Assembly (NCBI GenBank): GCA_002104905.1
Contig: MCFE01000212.1
Span: forward strand, 62,001 to 126,000
Length of the DNA stretch: 64,000 nucleotides
Reading direction: 5' to 3'
From: Basidiobolus meristosporus CBS 931.73
Taxonomy: Eukaryota; Fungi; Basidiobolomycota
Part shown: positions 51,960 to 62,766 of the stretch, piece by piece
How positions within the stretch are numbered: the first letter of the stretch is position 1
Layout of the letters: every line of letters starts with the position of its first letter
Made by a program: the position numbers and the translations under genes
The notes under the pieces: model-generated
Databases searched by the model: none
Told to the model about the DNA's origin: nothing
Seen by the model: the letters and a program-made list of their open reading frames with translations, nothing else

Positions 51960-52381
51960 TAGTTGCTCTTACCATAGGGTAAGGACTTATCTGTCTCAAG
52001 CCTAAAATACATTTGAAACACGGGACGCGTGTGTAATCGACAGACCATAATGTATACATTGCAATATCAACACCTTGCTAGCACCATTATATCCAAGGCG
52101 CAAATCCTGTAACCTGAGGTTTACTCAAGCCGGTAGATCTGTCGAGTCACATTTGAGCAGATGAGCTTTCTAGCCGAAGCACAATAGAGTAGCAAAAACG
52201 GATTGCATTTAATATCTAGCAGATAGGATACATGACAACGCCAGCGCACTAGTTGATCTCAAACCCGTAGCCCGGATTTTTGATAAAGATGCTGGGAAAA
52301 TTACCGAGCCCGGCTGCTTCCATTGTGTGAATAAACGAGCCAAATGGATAATAGAGTATTGGCCTACTTCCGAACAGAAAT

Positions 52382-52464
52382 GGAGAGATGGCCGAGTTGG
52401 TCTAAGGCGTCACGTTAAGGCCGTGATCTCTTCGGAGGCGTGGGTTCGAATCCCACTCTCTTCA
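52382..52464 (+). tRNA. tL(AAG): tRNA-Leu(AAG)
   Basis: Anticodon arm TCACG-TTAAGGC-CGTGA and a long variable arm. Confidence 0.95.
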
Positions 52465-52637
52465 TTACTTTTTGCTCTCAACCAAATGGATACCATTTTA
52501 TAAACTTGCTTGTTGTATGTATGAGACCACTGGGAATTCACATAATCTCTCTAAAAAATCTTTTCATCGTAGTAACCAGCAATGAACCATGCCCAGAAAA
52601 GAATGTTACGCATAAACGATGCAATCGCAAAAAGATA

Positions 52638-52710
52638 TGCCTTCTGCCGGAATCGAACCAGCGACCTTCTGCTTACTAGGCAGACGCTCTGCCAACTGAG
52701 CCAAGGAGGC
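52638..52710 (-). tRNA. tT(AGT): tRNA-Thr(AGT)
   Basis: Anticodon arm TCTGC-CTAGTAA-GCAGA. Confidence 0.95.
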
Positions 52711-53415
52711 AATACATTTGGCATGGATGTCCTTTCCAACATCACTCTTTGTCTTTTGAGCAAGAGACAATCTTCAACTCTGAATATAACTGCTTTTCTT
52801 TGTAGTGGTCTTTCAGCTAGTAAATATGCTATTTCAATCTTCTACGCATTATGTTACCCATCTTCATATTGTACGTAGATGGACACAAAGTTCTATGTGT
52901 GCATACTGCTACGATACCATTTCTATTCTAGATAGCAGTGCATCGATGGTTAGGAAATCACTCTCGTTAATGCGTCTAGCTGTGACAACTAACCCATGGG
53001 TTCGAAGCTGGCATAAGCACTTTGTCAGCATAAGCAATGTGGCACATACCTGGGCCGTTATGAAAAAATTATCTATACTCAGTTTTGCAAAAGTTTGCGC
53101 GTGACCGAGTAAAAATGTTTATTCACTTTTATTAACCCTAAACTTGTTTGCCCAGGATGTGCTCAACGTTACCGAGAATTAAGTATTCATGAAGTTTTGA
53201 GATGCACACCCTACAATCCAGAGGCTAAAGGCATTCATCCCTGTGTCTAGATTTAGTGTTTACACATCTTCGAGGAGAAACACAATCCCTAGGGTTAGGG
53301 AGAAGATTGTGTACGGTGCAGAAGTGACCCTTGTCACAGTTGAGAGGAGAAGCAGAAAACAGAGATGCGGTTTTTTGAGTGAAAGCAGCCATAATTAGAC
53401 AAAATGCGAGCAAAA

Positions 53416-53486
53416 TGCATACTCGGGGAATCGAACCCCGGTCTACCGCGTGGCAGGCGGTAATTATACCACTAAACCAAGTATGC
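53416..53486 (-). tRNA. tG(GCC): tRNA-Gly(GCC)
   Basis: Anticodon arm ACCGC-CTGCCAC-GCGGT. Confidence 0.95.
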
Positions 53487-53839
53487 ACTTGATAAAGGGA
53501 GCAACGCAATAATCAGAGATGTAACGTAATAGATTTATTCCCAAGCCCCTTCTCCCCTTAAGATTGATCATCCCAGATGACCGGATCACTCTAATAACGA
53601 AATAAGTATAGGCATTACCTTACCACGTAATGTAATGTACCATTGGCAATTGAGCAAGACAGAAAAGAGTACAGGCAGTAGCGTATCACATGTGACTCTA
53701 TTGTGTAGCTACGGTGAGCTTTGCATGACTGCCGCAAATACACCTCCAAAGTATAACAACTATACTTGGCCGAATGAAATACAACAGTTCAGTTACATGT
53801 CCATCCATGGACGCATAAATCTTCCCTGGTTCAAGAATA

Positions 53840-53911
53840 TCCGCATTGGTCCAGTGGTCAGGATCTCTCGCTCTCACCGAGAAGGCCGGGGTTCGATTCC
53901 CCGATGCGGAA
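53840..53911 (+). tRNA. tE(CTC): tRNA-Glu(CTC)
   Basis: Anticodon arm TCTCG-CTCTCAC-CGAGA. Confidence 0.95.
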
Positions 53912-54083
53912 GTTCGCATTCAGTAACTTTTTGTAAGTTGGTGTAGTATGAGTGACTCGAGATGAAATTATTTTGTGATCACAAGAGAGGATCAGCGACA
54001 AACTATAGATCTTTCTTGTTGCTAGCACATGTTTAGATGTATGTACAATTGTTAATGATCCGACCTCCAATATGACTGTACAT

Positions 54084-54156
54084 GGGCGTATGGCCAAATG
54101 GATAAGGCGCCTGACTACGGATCAGGAGATTCCAGGTTCGATCCCTGGTATGCTCG
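54084..54156 (+). tRNA. tR(ACG): tRNA-Arg(ACG), unit 2
   Basis: Identical to 48596-48668. Confidence 0.95.
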
Positions 54157-54424
54157 TACAACAATTTTTTATGTTCCATGTTACTCGGAATACTAATACT
54201 CAAACTTACTTTTGTAAGTTTCATGGCATGATAAGCTCTAGACATGATGGCTGCAATCAGTGCATATCCTCTGCAATACAATAGTTTATTTGATTATTCA
54301 CTCGATAGCATTGTGATGTCTACTAGCTGTTATGTTCTTTCATAAAAAGGCCATTGCCCACACCATCACGTATCATCAAACCCAACCTTCAATTAATCCC
54401 ATCATCCAAATAGCCAAAAGAAAA

Positions 54425-54496
54425 CTCTCAGACCGGGAATTGAACCCGGGTCTCCCGCGTGACAGGCGGGGATACTTACCACTATACTATCTGAGA
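54425..54496 (-). tRNA. tD(GTC): tRNA-Asp(GTC), unit 2
   Basis: Identical to the unit 1 copy. Confidence 0.95.
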
Positions 54497-54943
54497 AGAT
54501 ATCTATCAAGTGAAATATATAATTTATAACGCACACTATTTAATACTTGGTAAAGCATGTTAGGGAGGCTATCGGGCTGGCAAAAACAATTTGAACAATT
54601 AGCCTACCTATGAAAATACATTTTCCCCTCTCCCACCCATCTATGATGTGTGTCAATTTCCCCCAGCTGCACAGTGTATATCTTCTGACTCAGTAAAAAC
54701 ATACACACGATATTTACTACACAATAAAATGGGTATATTGCTGCAACGTTGTTGGCCCTTGATTGTACATTGATTAGATTGAATTCAATAAAAATCACAA
54801 TTTCTACTTTGAGCACTGATTGACAAATAAGCGCTAAAATGGATTTACTCATGAATAAAGTACCATACAAGTGACCATCCGACTTCCATTCAACACCCTG
54901 CCCCCTACTCCAACTAAATACTGCACACAGAAAAAGGTAAAAA

Positions 54944-55017
54944 TGCTCACAGCAGGGGTCGAACCTGCGACCTTGGCGTTATTAGCACCACGCTCTAACC
55001 AACTGAGCTATGCGAGC
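54944..55017 (-). tRNA. tI(AAT): tRNA-Ile(AAT), unit 2
   Basis: Identical to the unit 1 copy. Confidence 0.95.
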
Positions 55018-55022
55018 ATATA

Positions 55023-55104
55023 CGACAACAGCAGGATTTGAACCTGCGCGGGCAGAGCCCATATGATTTCTAGTCATACGCCTTAACCACTCGGCCATAT
55101 TGTC
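55023..55104 (-). tRNA. tS(AGA): tRNA-Ser(AGA), unit 2
   Basis: Identical to the unit 1 copy. Confidence 0.95.
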
Positions 55105-55209
55105 TGATATATCAATCCTTCTCTCTTTAAATATATGACTAAACATTTAACATTATCTTGTTTAATAAAGTATGTTGAAGCTATTGTTTTCTAAAAATCG
55201 CAGAAAATT

Positions 55210-55281
55210 AGGTCTCGCCGAGAATCGAACTCGGATTACAGGATTCAAAGTCCTGGGTGCTAACCATTACACCACGAAACC
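55210..55281 (-). tRNA. tQ(TTG): tRNA-Gln(TTG), unit 2
   Basis: Identical to the unit 1 copy. Confidence 0.95.
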
Positions 55282-55406
55282 AGCAACTACCTGTTATAAG
55301 CTAATCTATATTATAGTACTTACTCACTCGTAATCTTGCATTAAATATTTATTTCTGTAGCCCGCCAATGAAGAATACAATGAAGGGGCTGTGAACCAAA
55401 AAGGAT

Positions 55407-55489
55407 TGGTAACAGTGAGATTCGAACTCACGCCTCTTACGAGACCGCAACTTGAGTGCGGCGCCTTAGACCAACTCGGCCATGTTACC
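55407..55489 (-). tRNA. tL(CAA): tRNA-Leu(CAA), unit 2
   Basis: Identical to the unit 1 copy. Confidence 0.95.
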
Positions 55490-55790
55490 GTATATTACAT
55501 CCATCTCATATTTTTCTTACGACTAGAAAGGTTCGCAAACCTAGAGTGTTCATGTCACTCGATACTAATTTTTTTGTGATTAAAAGAACTTCCAAATTCG
55601 TCAATTTTCAGTGGTCGTTAATTATTGCCAAATAGCTTGTAACAAAAGGAAACACAAAGCTACCAACGATGCCAGATTGTGCTTGTATGAGAACACACGC
55701 TATCTAGTAATGCACTTTCAAAATGTGGTTCATTTGCACCTTGAATGCAAGTCTGTGGGCTGTACTGATCTGACAACCACTAAAATAAAA

Positions 55791-55861
55791 TGCCATTGCT
55801 CGGAATCGAACCGAGGTCGACGCGGCCACAACGCGATGTACTGCCACTATACTACAATGGC
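55791..55861 (-). tRNA. tH(GTG): tRNA-His(GTG), unit 2
   Basis: Identical to the unit 1 copy. Confidence 0.93.
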
Positions 55862-56042
55862 GAATTCAGTATTTGACCCATTACCTGACTTCATGTTATG
55901 TTCACTGATCATACCTTGCGACTAGCTACCCATCTGCATTGGTAGGGTTCAATGTGAAGATGGGTACATGATACAGTGAGCATTCTGAATGGAGTAAAGT
56001 CTTGTGGGAATATAGAATTTTGCTTGCTTTCTAACAATAACT

Positions 56043-56114
56043 TCCTCATTGGTCCAGTGGTTAGGATTTCTCGCTTTCACCGAGACGGCCGGGGTTCGAT
56101 TCCCCGATGGGGAA
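56043..56114 (+). tRNA. tE(TTC): tRNA-Glu(TTC), unit 2
   Basis: Identical to the unit 1 copy. Confidence 0.95.
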
Positions 56115-56314
56115 ATACTTTTGTCCTATGTTTTTATTAGTGGTTGGGATGATATGCAGGAAAGCCGCAAGCTCAAGGGCCCCGTGTAGAGAATACCAAA
56201 ATGATCAAGGCCATCCTTACGTGAAGCATACACACAAAAAGTGATCGATCTTTTTTCATATATGGGGACTGGCCAAGGTCCTACTGATACAACACCCACC
56301 AAAACAAAAATCAG

Positions 56315-56386
56315 TGAGGAGTGCGTGATTTGAACACGCAACCTTTCGCTCTGGAGGCGAACGCGCTACCGTTGCGCCAACCCCCC
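56315..56386 (-). tRNA. tW(CCA): tRNA-Trp(CCA), unit 2
   Basis: Identical to the unit 1 copy. Confidence 0.95.
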
Positions 56387-56530
56387 ACTTACATTTGTTA
56401 CGTAGTTAACTACCTACATAAAACCCCATTTTACAACATGTACTCTCCCTCATAAGACTTGGTACTTCGTTGCAAATTTTAAAATTTTCTTGATGACCAT
56501 ATATAGCAAGTTGAGTTATCCATCAACGAA

Positions 56531-56604
56531 GTCTTCGTGGTGTAGTTGGTTATCACGTCTGTCTAACACACAGACGGTCCTCGGTTCGAATCCGAGCGAA
56601 GACA
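56531..56604 (+). tRNA. tV(AAC): tRNA-Val(AAC), unit 2
   Basis: Identical to the unit 1 copy. Confidence 0.95.
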
Positions 56605-56815
56605 TCATTTTTCCCTCTGCTGCATAATCTTTTGCAAATACTTGCTCTTTGTGCCCTCCATAACACATCGCATTTACTCTATATCACTACCTATGGAAGA
56701 TACTATACTCACCCGCCCCGAATCTGTTCTTCCACCTGAACAAAGCAAAGGCCCCTCCTCTTCGCCGAAGCTCAAAGGTTTAGATGTCCAGCAGAGAGCA
56801 ATAATACGGTATTCC

Positions 56816-57125
56816 TGTTATGATTTAAATCCTAACTAGTCACTACCGATCACTTGAACACTACTGATCGAACACCTGGAATTCCACACAGACGATCAAT
56901 CGCACTCAGTGATACACACGTTATTTAATACATCTTGAACCCTCCTTTTGGAAGCTTGCCCTACGTTATCGGAAGCTCTCCCTCCGAGGCTATCTCTATA
57001 TAAACTCCTTTGAACACTATCAATAAAGCATCAACCTTTTACCGGTTCATCAACTATTCAGATAACCTCTCTGATTCGTATTGGACATCCTCCGGTCCTC
57101 CTCCGCTTGCCCTCGATTCATAACA
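56816..57125 (+). repeat. 5' LTR
   Basis: TGTTATGA...TCATAACA termini. Appears identical to 61885-62194. Confidence 0.97.
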
Positions 57126-57126
57126 T

Positions 57127-57137
57127 TGGTAGCAGCG
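57127..57137 (+). promoter_or_regulatory. Primer-binding site TGGTAGCAGCG, probably for tRNA-iMet
   Basis: Lies just after the LTR. Its complement CGCTGCTACCA resembles the iMet 3' end, and no array tRNA matches it. Confidence 0.65.
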
Positions 57138-57170
57138 AACCTCCGATCTCCAAAAAACAAAAACCTCCGT

Positions 57171-57360
57171 ACCTCCCAGAAACTTTTCCAATCTCTCAGA
57201 AACTCTTCCGATCTCCCAGAAACTTTTCCAATCTCTCAGAAACTCTTCCGATCTCCCAGAAACTTTTCCAATCTCTCAGAAACTCTTCCGATCTCCCAGA
57301 AACTCTTCCGATCTCCCAGAAACTCTTCCGATCTCCCAGATATTCTTCCAATTGTCCAGA
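57171..57360 (+). repeat. 20-bp tandem repeat with 40-bp higher-order alternation in the gypsy 5' UTR
   Basis: Alternating CTCCCAGAAACTTTTCCAAT and CTCTCAGAAACTCTTCCGAT, about 9 monomers. Confidence 0.9.
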
Positions 57361-57523
57361 GATACCCTCCGTACCTGCCCGAGACCCTCCCAACCTCCCA
57401 GAGAAACCCTCCGTTTCACTCAAAAAAAAGAAAAAAAACAGTACCCAGTCAATTCTGCCAGAGAACCAGCCCCCTTGGTAAACACACCCGCCTACCGCAA
57501 ATCAAACAATACCCAAAAACAAA

Positions 57524-60500
57524 ATGAGTGAAGAAAAGCCAAAATTTAGCTCTTCAGAAGAAATGTTGGCCTATATTGAGAGTCTTGAACAACAAGTTGC
57601 TGAGTTAGCCGGTCAAGGACAGTCCCACACAACTGAGCCTGCGGCCCTCCCTAGTCTGGACCCAAGAATGGGTAGGCAGACAGACTTGGACTCTTTACAT
57701 TTTGTGAACACCCAGAGATCATGGTTTACTGGTCAAGGTATACAGAGAGAGGGTGAAGCCTCATCTGTAAGACCTGCGGTGCCTCCCAATTCCTTGAATC
57801 TTGGAGAAGATGGGCAAGGCTCTCTGGACTTCACAAAACAATATAGAGCAACAAATCTGAAACTTCAGAAACCCAACATCTTTGAAGGCAAAAGACACAC
57901 TGCCACTCTAGAGACTTGGATATTTGAAGTAGAGCAGTACCTATACTTCTCAGATGACTCTGAAGAAGTCAAAGTACATTATGCCTGTTCACTTTTCAGA
58001 AAGGAAGCAACCATGTGGTGGAAACTTCACATTCAAGGAATGAATAGGGGCATCTTTCCACCCATAGCCTCCTGGGCTGACTTTGTTAAAGCATTGAGAA
58101 AGAGGTTTACACCTATCAATGCTGATAGAATGGCAAGAGAAAAACTGTCCAAACTCTTTCAAGCCAAGTCTGTTCAAGAGTACAATGAGCAGTTTAACTT
58201 GCTTAGTATGGAAATTCAAAACATGCCTGATACTGAACTACTTGAGCAATACCTAAGAGGCCTGAAATCCAACACTAGATGGGAAATTGAATACAAAGAC
58301 CCCAAAACCCTAGTAGAGGCTATGGAACTGGCAGAAAGATATGATGCCATACACTTCAGAAGGGCTGTCAACCACAGAATTGGTCACTCAAGAACTACTA
58401 CAGGCCTCAAAGCCAATAACCACATACCTATTGGTAGTCAACCAATCACTGAACAAGGTGCACACTACCCCCACACACTGGAGCCTATGGACCTAGATGT
58501 TATGCAGAGCACACCAAGACCTTCTAAAGAGGAATGCTTCAAGCTTGGACTATGCTTTTACTGCAAGGAACAGGGTCATAAAGTCAATGAATGCCCAAAG
58601 AGGCCATTACAAAGAGTATTCCAACTCTCCACTAAGGAGGAGGAGCACACAATCAGCCTTGTTAAGGAGTATCAGAGGACTCAGAGCTTATATACTACCC
58701 CAAAGATGCTGAAACTCCCAGGGATTCTCAACAACAACCAATGTGTCTCTGTACTCATTGACAGTGGAGCAACTGATGTCTACATTTCAAAAGATGTAGC
58801 TGATCAGATGAAGCTACAAACAATCCCTTGCCCCCCAATTCACATCCTCTGTGCCACCAAGGAATCAATTATAGTGAACAGCAGGACTGAACCCTTGACT
58901 TTACAAATCAGGGACTTCCAAGACACCATTTCCCCAATTATCATACCCCAAGCCAACTTTGAAATCAATGTGGGACAAACTTGGCTAAGAAAGCACAATC
59001 CTGACATAAACTGGCAGACTCAGGAAGTTGTAATCAACAAGGATGATGCAAAATATCATCTGTCACCCAAACCAACCCTGGACAAAGGCAATGCACCAGA
59101 ACACACCATATCAAAGAAACAGTTTGCCCACTCTATCAGACAGAATCCCAAACTGTTGCACATGATAGCCTTTGCCAAAATCCAAGAGACCACAGAAGTG
59201 ACAAATGACAGGCTCAAGACCTTGTTAGCAGAGTTTCAAGAGGTTTTTCCCAAGGAAATCCCTGCACTACCCCCAAGCAGAGAGATTGACCATGCCATAG
59301 AAGTAACAGATGATAAACCAAGAAACAGAGCCCCATATAAGTTCTCCCCAAAGGAAATGGAGACTTTGAAGGAAACATTGAAGGACTACCTGGCTAAAGG
59401 CTGGATAAAACCCAGTAAATCACCATGGGGAGCTCCAGTACTCTTTGCTCCAAAGAAGGATGGGAAGCTACGGTTCTGTGTGGACTACAGGGCCCTAAAT
59501 GCAATCACTGTCAGAAATTCCTACCCATTACCAAGAATTGATGCCCTCTTTGACCAACTGGGGAAGGCAAAGATATTCTCTAAAATAGACCTGGCATCTG
59601 GATATCACCAAATCAGAATTAAGCCTGAAGACACCTCTAAGACAGCATTCAACACAAGATATGGTCATTATGAGTTTGTTGTGATGAGCTTTGGCCTGAC
59701 TAATGCCCCAGCAACATTTCAGACACTCATGAATAGCATCCTGGAACCATATTTAGAGAAATTTGTCCTGGTCTACTTAGATGACATTCTGATCTATAGT
59801 ACCAGCATGGATGACCACATGAAGCACTTGAAGACAGTACTGGCTATACTAAAAAAGCACAAGCTATATGCACAACTTCCTAAGTGTGAATTCCTCACCA
59901 GATCAGTTGAATACCTTGGTCACATAATCTCAGATAAAGGACTACACATGGATCCAGCCAAGATAGATGCTATCCAGAAATGGGAAGCCCCAAAGTCACT
60001 CACTGAAATGAGATCCTTCCTGGGACTTGCATCATATTACAGAAGATTCATCAGGGACTTTGCAACTATTGCAGCCCCCCTTACAGACTTGACCAAAAAA
60101 GAGAAAGACTATATATGGACCCCAAACTGTGAGACAGCTTTCCTAACTCTGAAAGAAAAGCTATGCCAAACCCCTGTGCTTCAGTTGCCTGATTTCTCAG
60201 AACCTTTCTGTGTATACACTGATGCTTCAGATCTAGCTGTTGGAGGGGTACTGACTCAAAAAGAACACCCGGTTGCTTATGAGTCCAAAAAGCTATCAGT
60301 AACTGAACAAAACTACCCAGTCCATGAAAAAGAACTCTATGCCATACTACATTGTCTGAGAGTGTGGAGATGCTACTTGGAGGGCAAACACTTTGTGGTA
60401 TATACAGATCATGCATCCCTAAGATACATTCACACCCAGAAGCTATTATCCAGAAGAATAACTAGATGGATTGAAGAACTACAACAATTTGATTTTAAAA

Positions 60501-61873
60501 TCCACTACCTCCCTGGGCCAAAGAATACAGTTGCTGATGCACTCTCAAGGCAACATATATCAATGGTAGATCATGAGTTGGACTGGCCAGAATACATGCC
60601 AGAGTACTTGGCAAGTCAGACAATGCCAGAAGATTTATCACAGGAAGTAAGGGTCAAGATTAAGAAAGAAGCAGAGAATTTCTCATATGGTGAAGACGAG
60701 GTACTTTACAGACACATGGAAGAAATAGGGCCTGTACCATATATTCCATTTGTATACAGAGGTGACATGATAATCAAGAATCATAAAGCCTTTGGACATC
60801 TGGGCATCCAAGGAACTTATGAAATAACTAAAAGGAGAGCCTGGTGGCCTAAACTCAAACAATTTATAGCTGAGACCCTCAAGACCTGCCCTGAGTGCCA
60901 GCTGGCTAGACCATACAACAAGGAACATGCCCCATTAGAACCACTGACTCCAGTTCCAGCATTCTACAGATGGGGAATTGACTTCATTGGAATATTGCCT
61001 GAAACTTCAAGAGGGAACAAGTGGATCATAACTGCAATTGACCATACCACTAAGTGGTGTATAGCAAAAGCCATGCCAGCAGCTACTGCAAAAAATGTTG
61101 CAAAATTCCTTTACCTGGAAATCTTTATGCAGTTTGGATGCCCAGGTGAAATTCTGTCTGACAGAGGAGCAAACTTTTTGGAACAAACCTTGAAAGAATA
61201 CCTTCAGATAATGGGGGTTAGACATTTGAAGACATCAGCATACCACCCTAGAACAAATGGGGTCACAGAGAGGTTCAATGGACTCTTTGGGAAGATGCTG
61301 ACTACTTATGTCAAAGGAGCCAAACATAAGTGGGATGAATTTGTACATCAAGCACTCTTTGCCTGTCGTATTAGAGTCCATTCAGCAACACAAAAGTCCC
61401 CCTTCTACCTAGTGTATGGTACACATCCAAGAATCCCAGGTGATACCTTACCACCATACATCTGGGACTTAAAGAACCAAAAAGACTTGGCAGAATTCAG
61501 AACAAGGGAACTGGAAGAATTAGGACATGCAAGACATGATGCCATCAAGAATTTAAAACGACAAGCAGAGAAGATGAAAGAACAGTACAACAAAACAGTG
61601 GTAACAAAACCCTTAACTTTGGGAAAACTTGTATTAGTCCGAAATGAAAGTAGGCTAAAACTAGAACCACATTGGGTTGGACCCTTTATTATCACAAGAG
61701 AAATGCCCTTCAATACATTTCAACTCGCAGACATGTCAGGTAAAGTAAAGGAGGACCTAGTGCATAGAGACCGACTAAAGGAAGCACAGCTAAAAAACCC
61801 AATGACACCACCAACCAAATACTGGTATTACAAGTCCGACAGACAGGACTCTTCAGGAGAAGAACCTCTTTAA
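57524..61873 (+). CDS. Ty3/gypsy Gag-Pol polyprotein, 1449 aa, uninterrupted
   Basis: Retrotrans_gag region, [63 protein letters not shown], and a GPF motif. Confidence 0.97.
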   Translation: MSEEKPKFSSSEEMLAYIESLEQQVAELAGQGQSHTTEPAALPSLDPRMGRQTDLDSLHFVNTQRSWFTGQGIQREGEASSVRPAVPPNSLNLGEDGQGSLDFTKQYRATNLKLQKPNIFEGKRHTATLETWIFEVEQYLYFSDDSEEVKVHYACSLFRKEATMWWKLHIQGMNRGIFPPIASWADFVKALRKRFTPINADRMAREKLSKLFQAKSVQEYNEQFNLLSMEIQNMPDTELLEQYLRGLKSNTRWEIEYKDPKTLVEAMELAERYDAIHFRRAVNHRIGHSRTTTGLKANNHIPIGSQPITEQGAHYPHTLEPMDLDVMQSTPRPSKEECFKLGLCFYCKEQGHKVNECPKRPLQRVFQLSTKEEEHTISLVKEYQRTQSLYTTPKMLKLPGILNNNQCVSVLIDSGATDVYISKDVADQMKLQTIPCPPIHILCATKESIIVNSRTEPLTLQIRDFQDTISPIIIPQANFEINVGQTWLRKHNPDINWQTQEVVINKDDAKYHLSPKPTLDKGNAPEHTISKKQFAHSIRQNPKLLHMIAFAKIQETTEVTNDRLKTLLAEFQEVFPKEIPALPPSREIDHAIEVTDDKPRNRAPYKFSPKEMETLKETLKDYLAKGWIKPSKSPWGAPVLFAPKKDGKLRFCVDYRALNAITVRNSYPLPRIDALFDQLGKAKIFSKIDLASGYHQIRIKPEDTSKTAFNTRYGHYEFVVMSFGLTNAPATFQTLMNSILEPYLEKFVLVYLDDILIYSTSMDDHMKHLKTVLAILKKHKLYAQLPKCEFLTRSVEYLGHIISDKGLHMDPAKIDAIQKWEAPKSLTEMRSFLGLASYYRRFIRDFATIAAPLTDLTKKEKDYIWTPNCETAFLTLKEKLCQTPVLQLPDFSEPFCVYTDASDLAVGGVLTQKEHPVAYESKKLSVTEQNYPVHEKELYAILHCLRVWRCYLEGKHFVVYTDHASLRYIHTQKLLSRRITRWIEELQQFDFKIHYLPGPKNTVADALSRQHISMVDHELDWPEYMPEYLASQTMPEDLSQEVRVKIKKEAENFSYGEDEVLYRHMEEIGPVPYIPFVYRGDMIIKNHKAFGHLGIQGTYEITKRRAWWPKLKQFIAETLKTCPECQLARPYNKEHAPLEPLTPVPAFYRWGIDFIGILPETSRGNKWIITAIDHTTKWCIAKAMPAATAKNVAKFLYLEIFMQFGCPGEILSDRGANFLEQTLKEYLQIMGVRHLKTSAYHPRTNGVTERFNGLFGKMLTTYVKGAKHKWDEFVHQALFACRIRVHSATQKSPFYLVYGTHPRIPGDTLPPYIWDLKNQKDLAEFRTRELEELGHARHDAIKNLKRQAEKMKEQYNKTVVTKPLTLGKLVLVRNESRLKLEPHWVGPFIITREMPFNTFQLADMSGKVKEDLVHRDRLKEAQLKNPMTPPTKYWYYKSDRQDSSGEEPL

Positions 61874-61884
61874 GTGTGGGAGTA

Positions 61885-62194
61885 TGTTATGATTTAAATC
61901 CTAACTAGTCACTACCGATCACTTGAACACTACTGATCGAACACCTGGAATTCCACACAGACGATCAATCGCACTCAGTGATACACACGTTATTTAATAC
62001 ATCTTGAACCCTCCTTTTGGAAGCTTGCCCTACGTTATCGGAAGCTCTCCCTCCGAGGCTATCTCTATATAAACTCCTTTGAACACTATCAATAAAGCAT
62101 CAACCTTTTACCGGTTCATCAACTATTCAGATAACCTCTCTGATTCGTATTGGACATCCTCCGGTCCTCCTCCGCTTGCCCTCGATTCATAACA
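61885..62194 (+). repeat. 3' LTR
   Basis: Matches the 5' LTR. Confidence 0.97.
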
Positions 62195-62204
62195 ATGCGT
62201 GTGA

Positions 62205-62306
62205 GCATTCGTTGGCCAAATGGTTAAGATGTGGGTGGGCGAGGTGTTTGTGCTACTCATATTCCTCTGCTGCTTGAAGGTCGCTGGTTCAACTCTCCCG
62301 AGAGCA
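62205..62306 (+). pseudogene. Degenerate tRNA-like sequence, isotype unassignable
   Basis: GCATTCG/CGAGAGC acceptor-like ends, A-box-like TGGCCAAATGGTTAAG and B-box-like GGTCGCTGGTTCAACTC. The T-stem and anticodon arm do not fold. Confidence 0.35.
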
Positions 62307-62766
62307 TGAATCTATCATAACAGCAACTTCTCGCTGTTTAACACAGAGAGCGAAAATTAGGGGGGTTATGGAGAATATTCTTATCAGCATAAATTAAGAT
62401 TTTTTGCGCGTTCTCAAATAAAATAGCTTCCTTTTATATTTAACCCTAAATGCATAAAAAAATATACAAACACTGCGCCGTAAAAGTAAATTCCATATTG
62501 ATTGACTACACGAAACGACATGTCGTAATAGTCAGGAGCCATACCGCACTGCTAGAGATCGAGGTGAACTCAACTCAAAGCAGCCATGAAAAACTAGTGA
62601 TATTTATGCTTGTGTTTGGGTTAGGGGTTAGGGTTGGGGCTGATTGTAAATACCTCTTAGGTCGCCATCTCCTCCCCCAAAAGTGAGGACTAGGATGAGA
62701 GCTGGTAACACTTCAGGTGGGATTGATGGCCAAAAAGAAATAGCAGCCAGGTTAATGGGCTAGGGA

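Larger units (their letters stand above)
48568..56815. repeat. Tandem tRNA-array repeat, period 5,488 bp (unit 1 = 48568-54055; partial unit 2 = 54056-56815)
   Basis: All ORF-track entries recur at +5488. Only one difference was noticed (G51174 versus A56662). Confidence 0.97.
56816..62194 (+). mobile_element. Intact Ty3/gypsy LTR retrotransposon (5.38 kb), no chromodomain, no TSD
   Basis: Two 310-bp LTRs, a PBS, a PPT (AAGTGTGGGAGTA at 61872-61884) and a single gag-pol ORF. Confidence 0.97.

Noticed and set aside
48596-53911. Viral, bacterial or organellar origin of the tRNA cluster
   Set aside because: No encoded CCA ends, eukaryotic A34 anticodons, an ATCGATA Ala T-loop, individual Pol III T-run terminators and mixed strands all indicate nuclear eukaryotic tRNA genes.
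48584-56839. Short ORFs duplicated across the array
   Set aside because: They overlap tRNA genes and spacers, and recur only because the DNA unit is repeated.
57081-57527. Repetitive 148-aa and 124-aa ORFs, and a superficially CRISPR-like periodicity
   Set aside because: Translation of the UTR minisatellite. There are no unique spacers and no cas genes, and the context is eukaryotic.
62615-62640. TTAGGG-like motifs (also near 53290)
   Set aside because: Only two or three imperfect units, so not a telomeric array.
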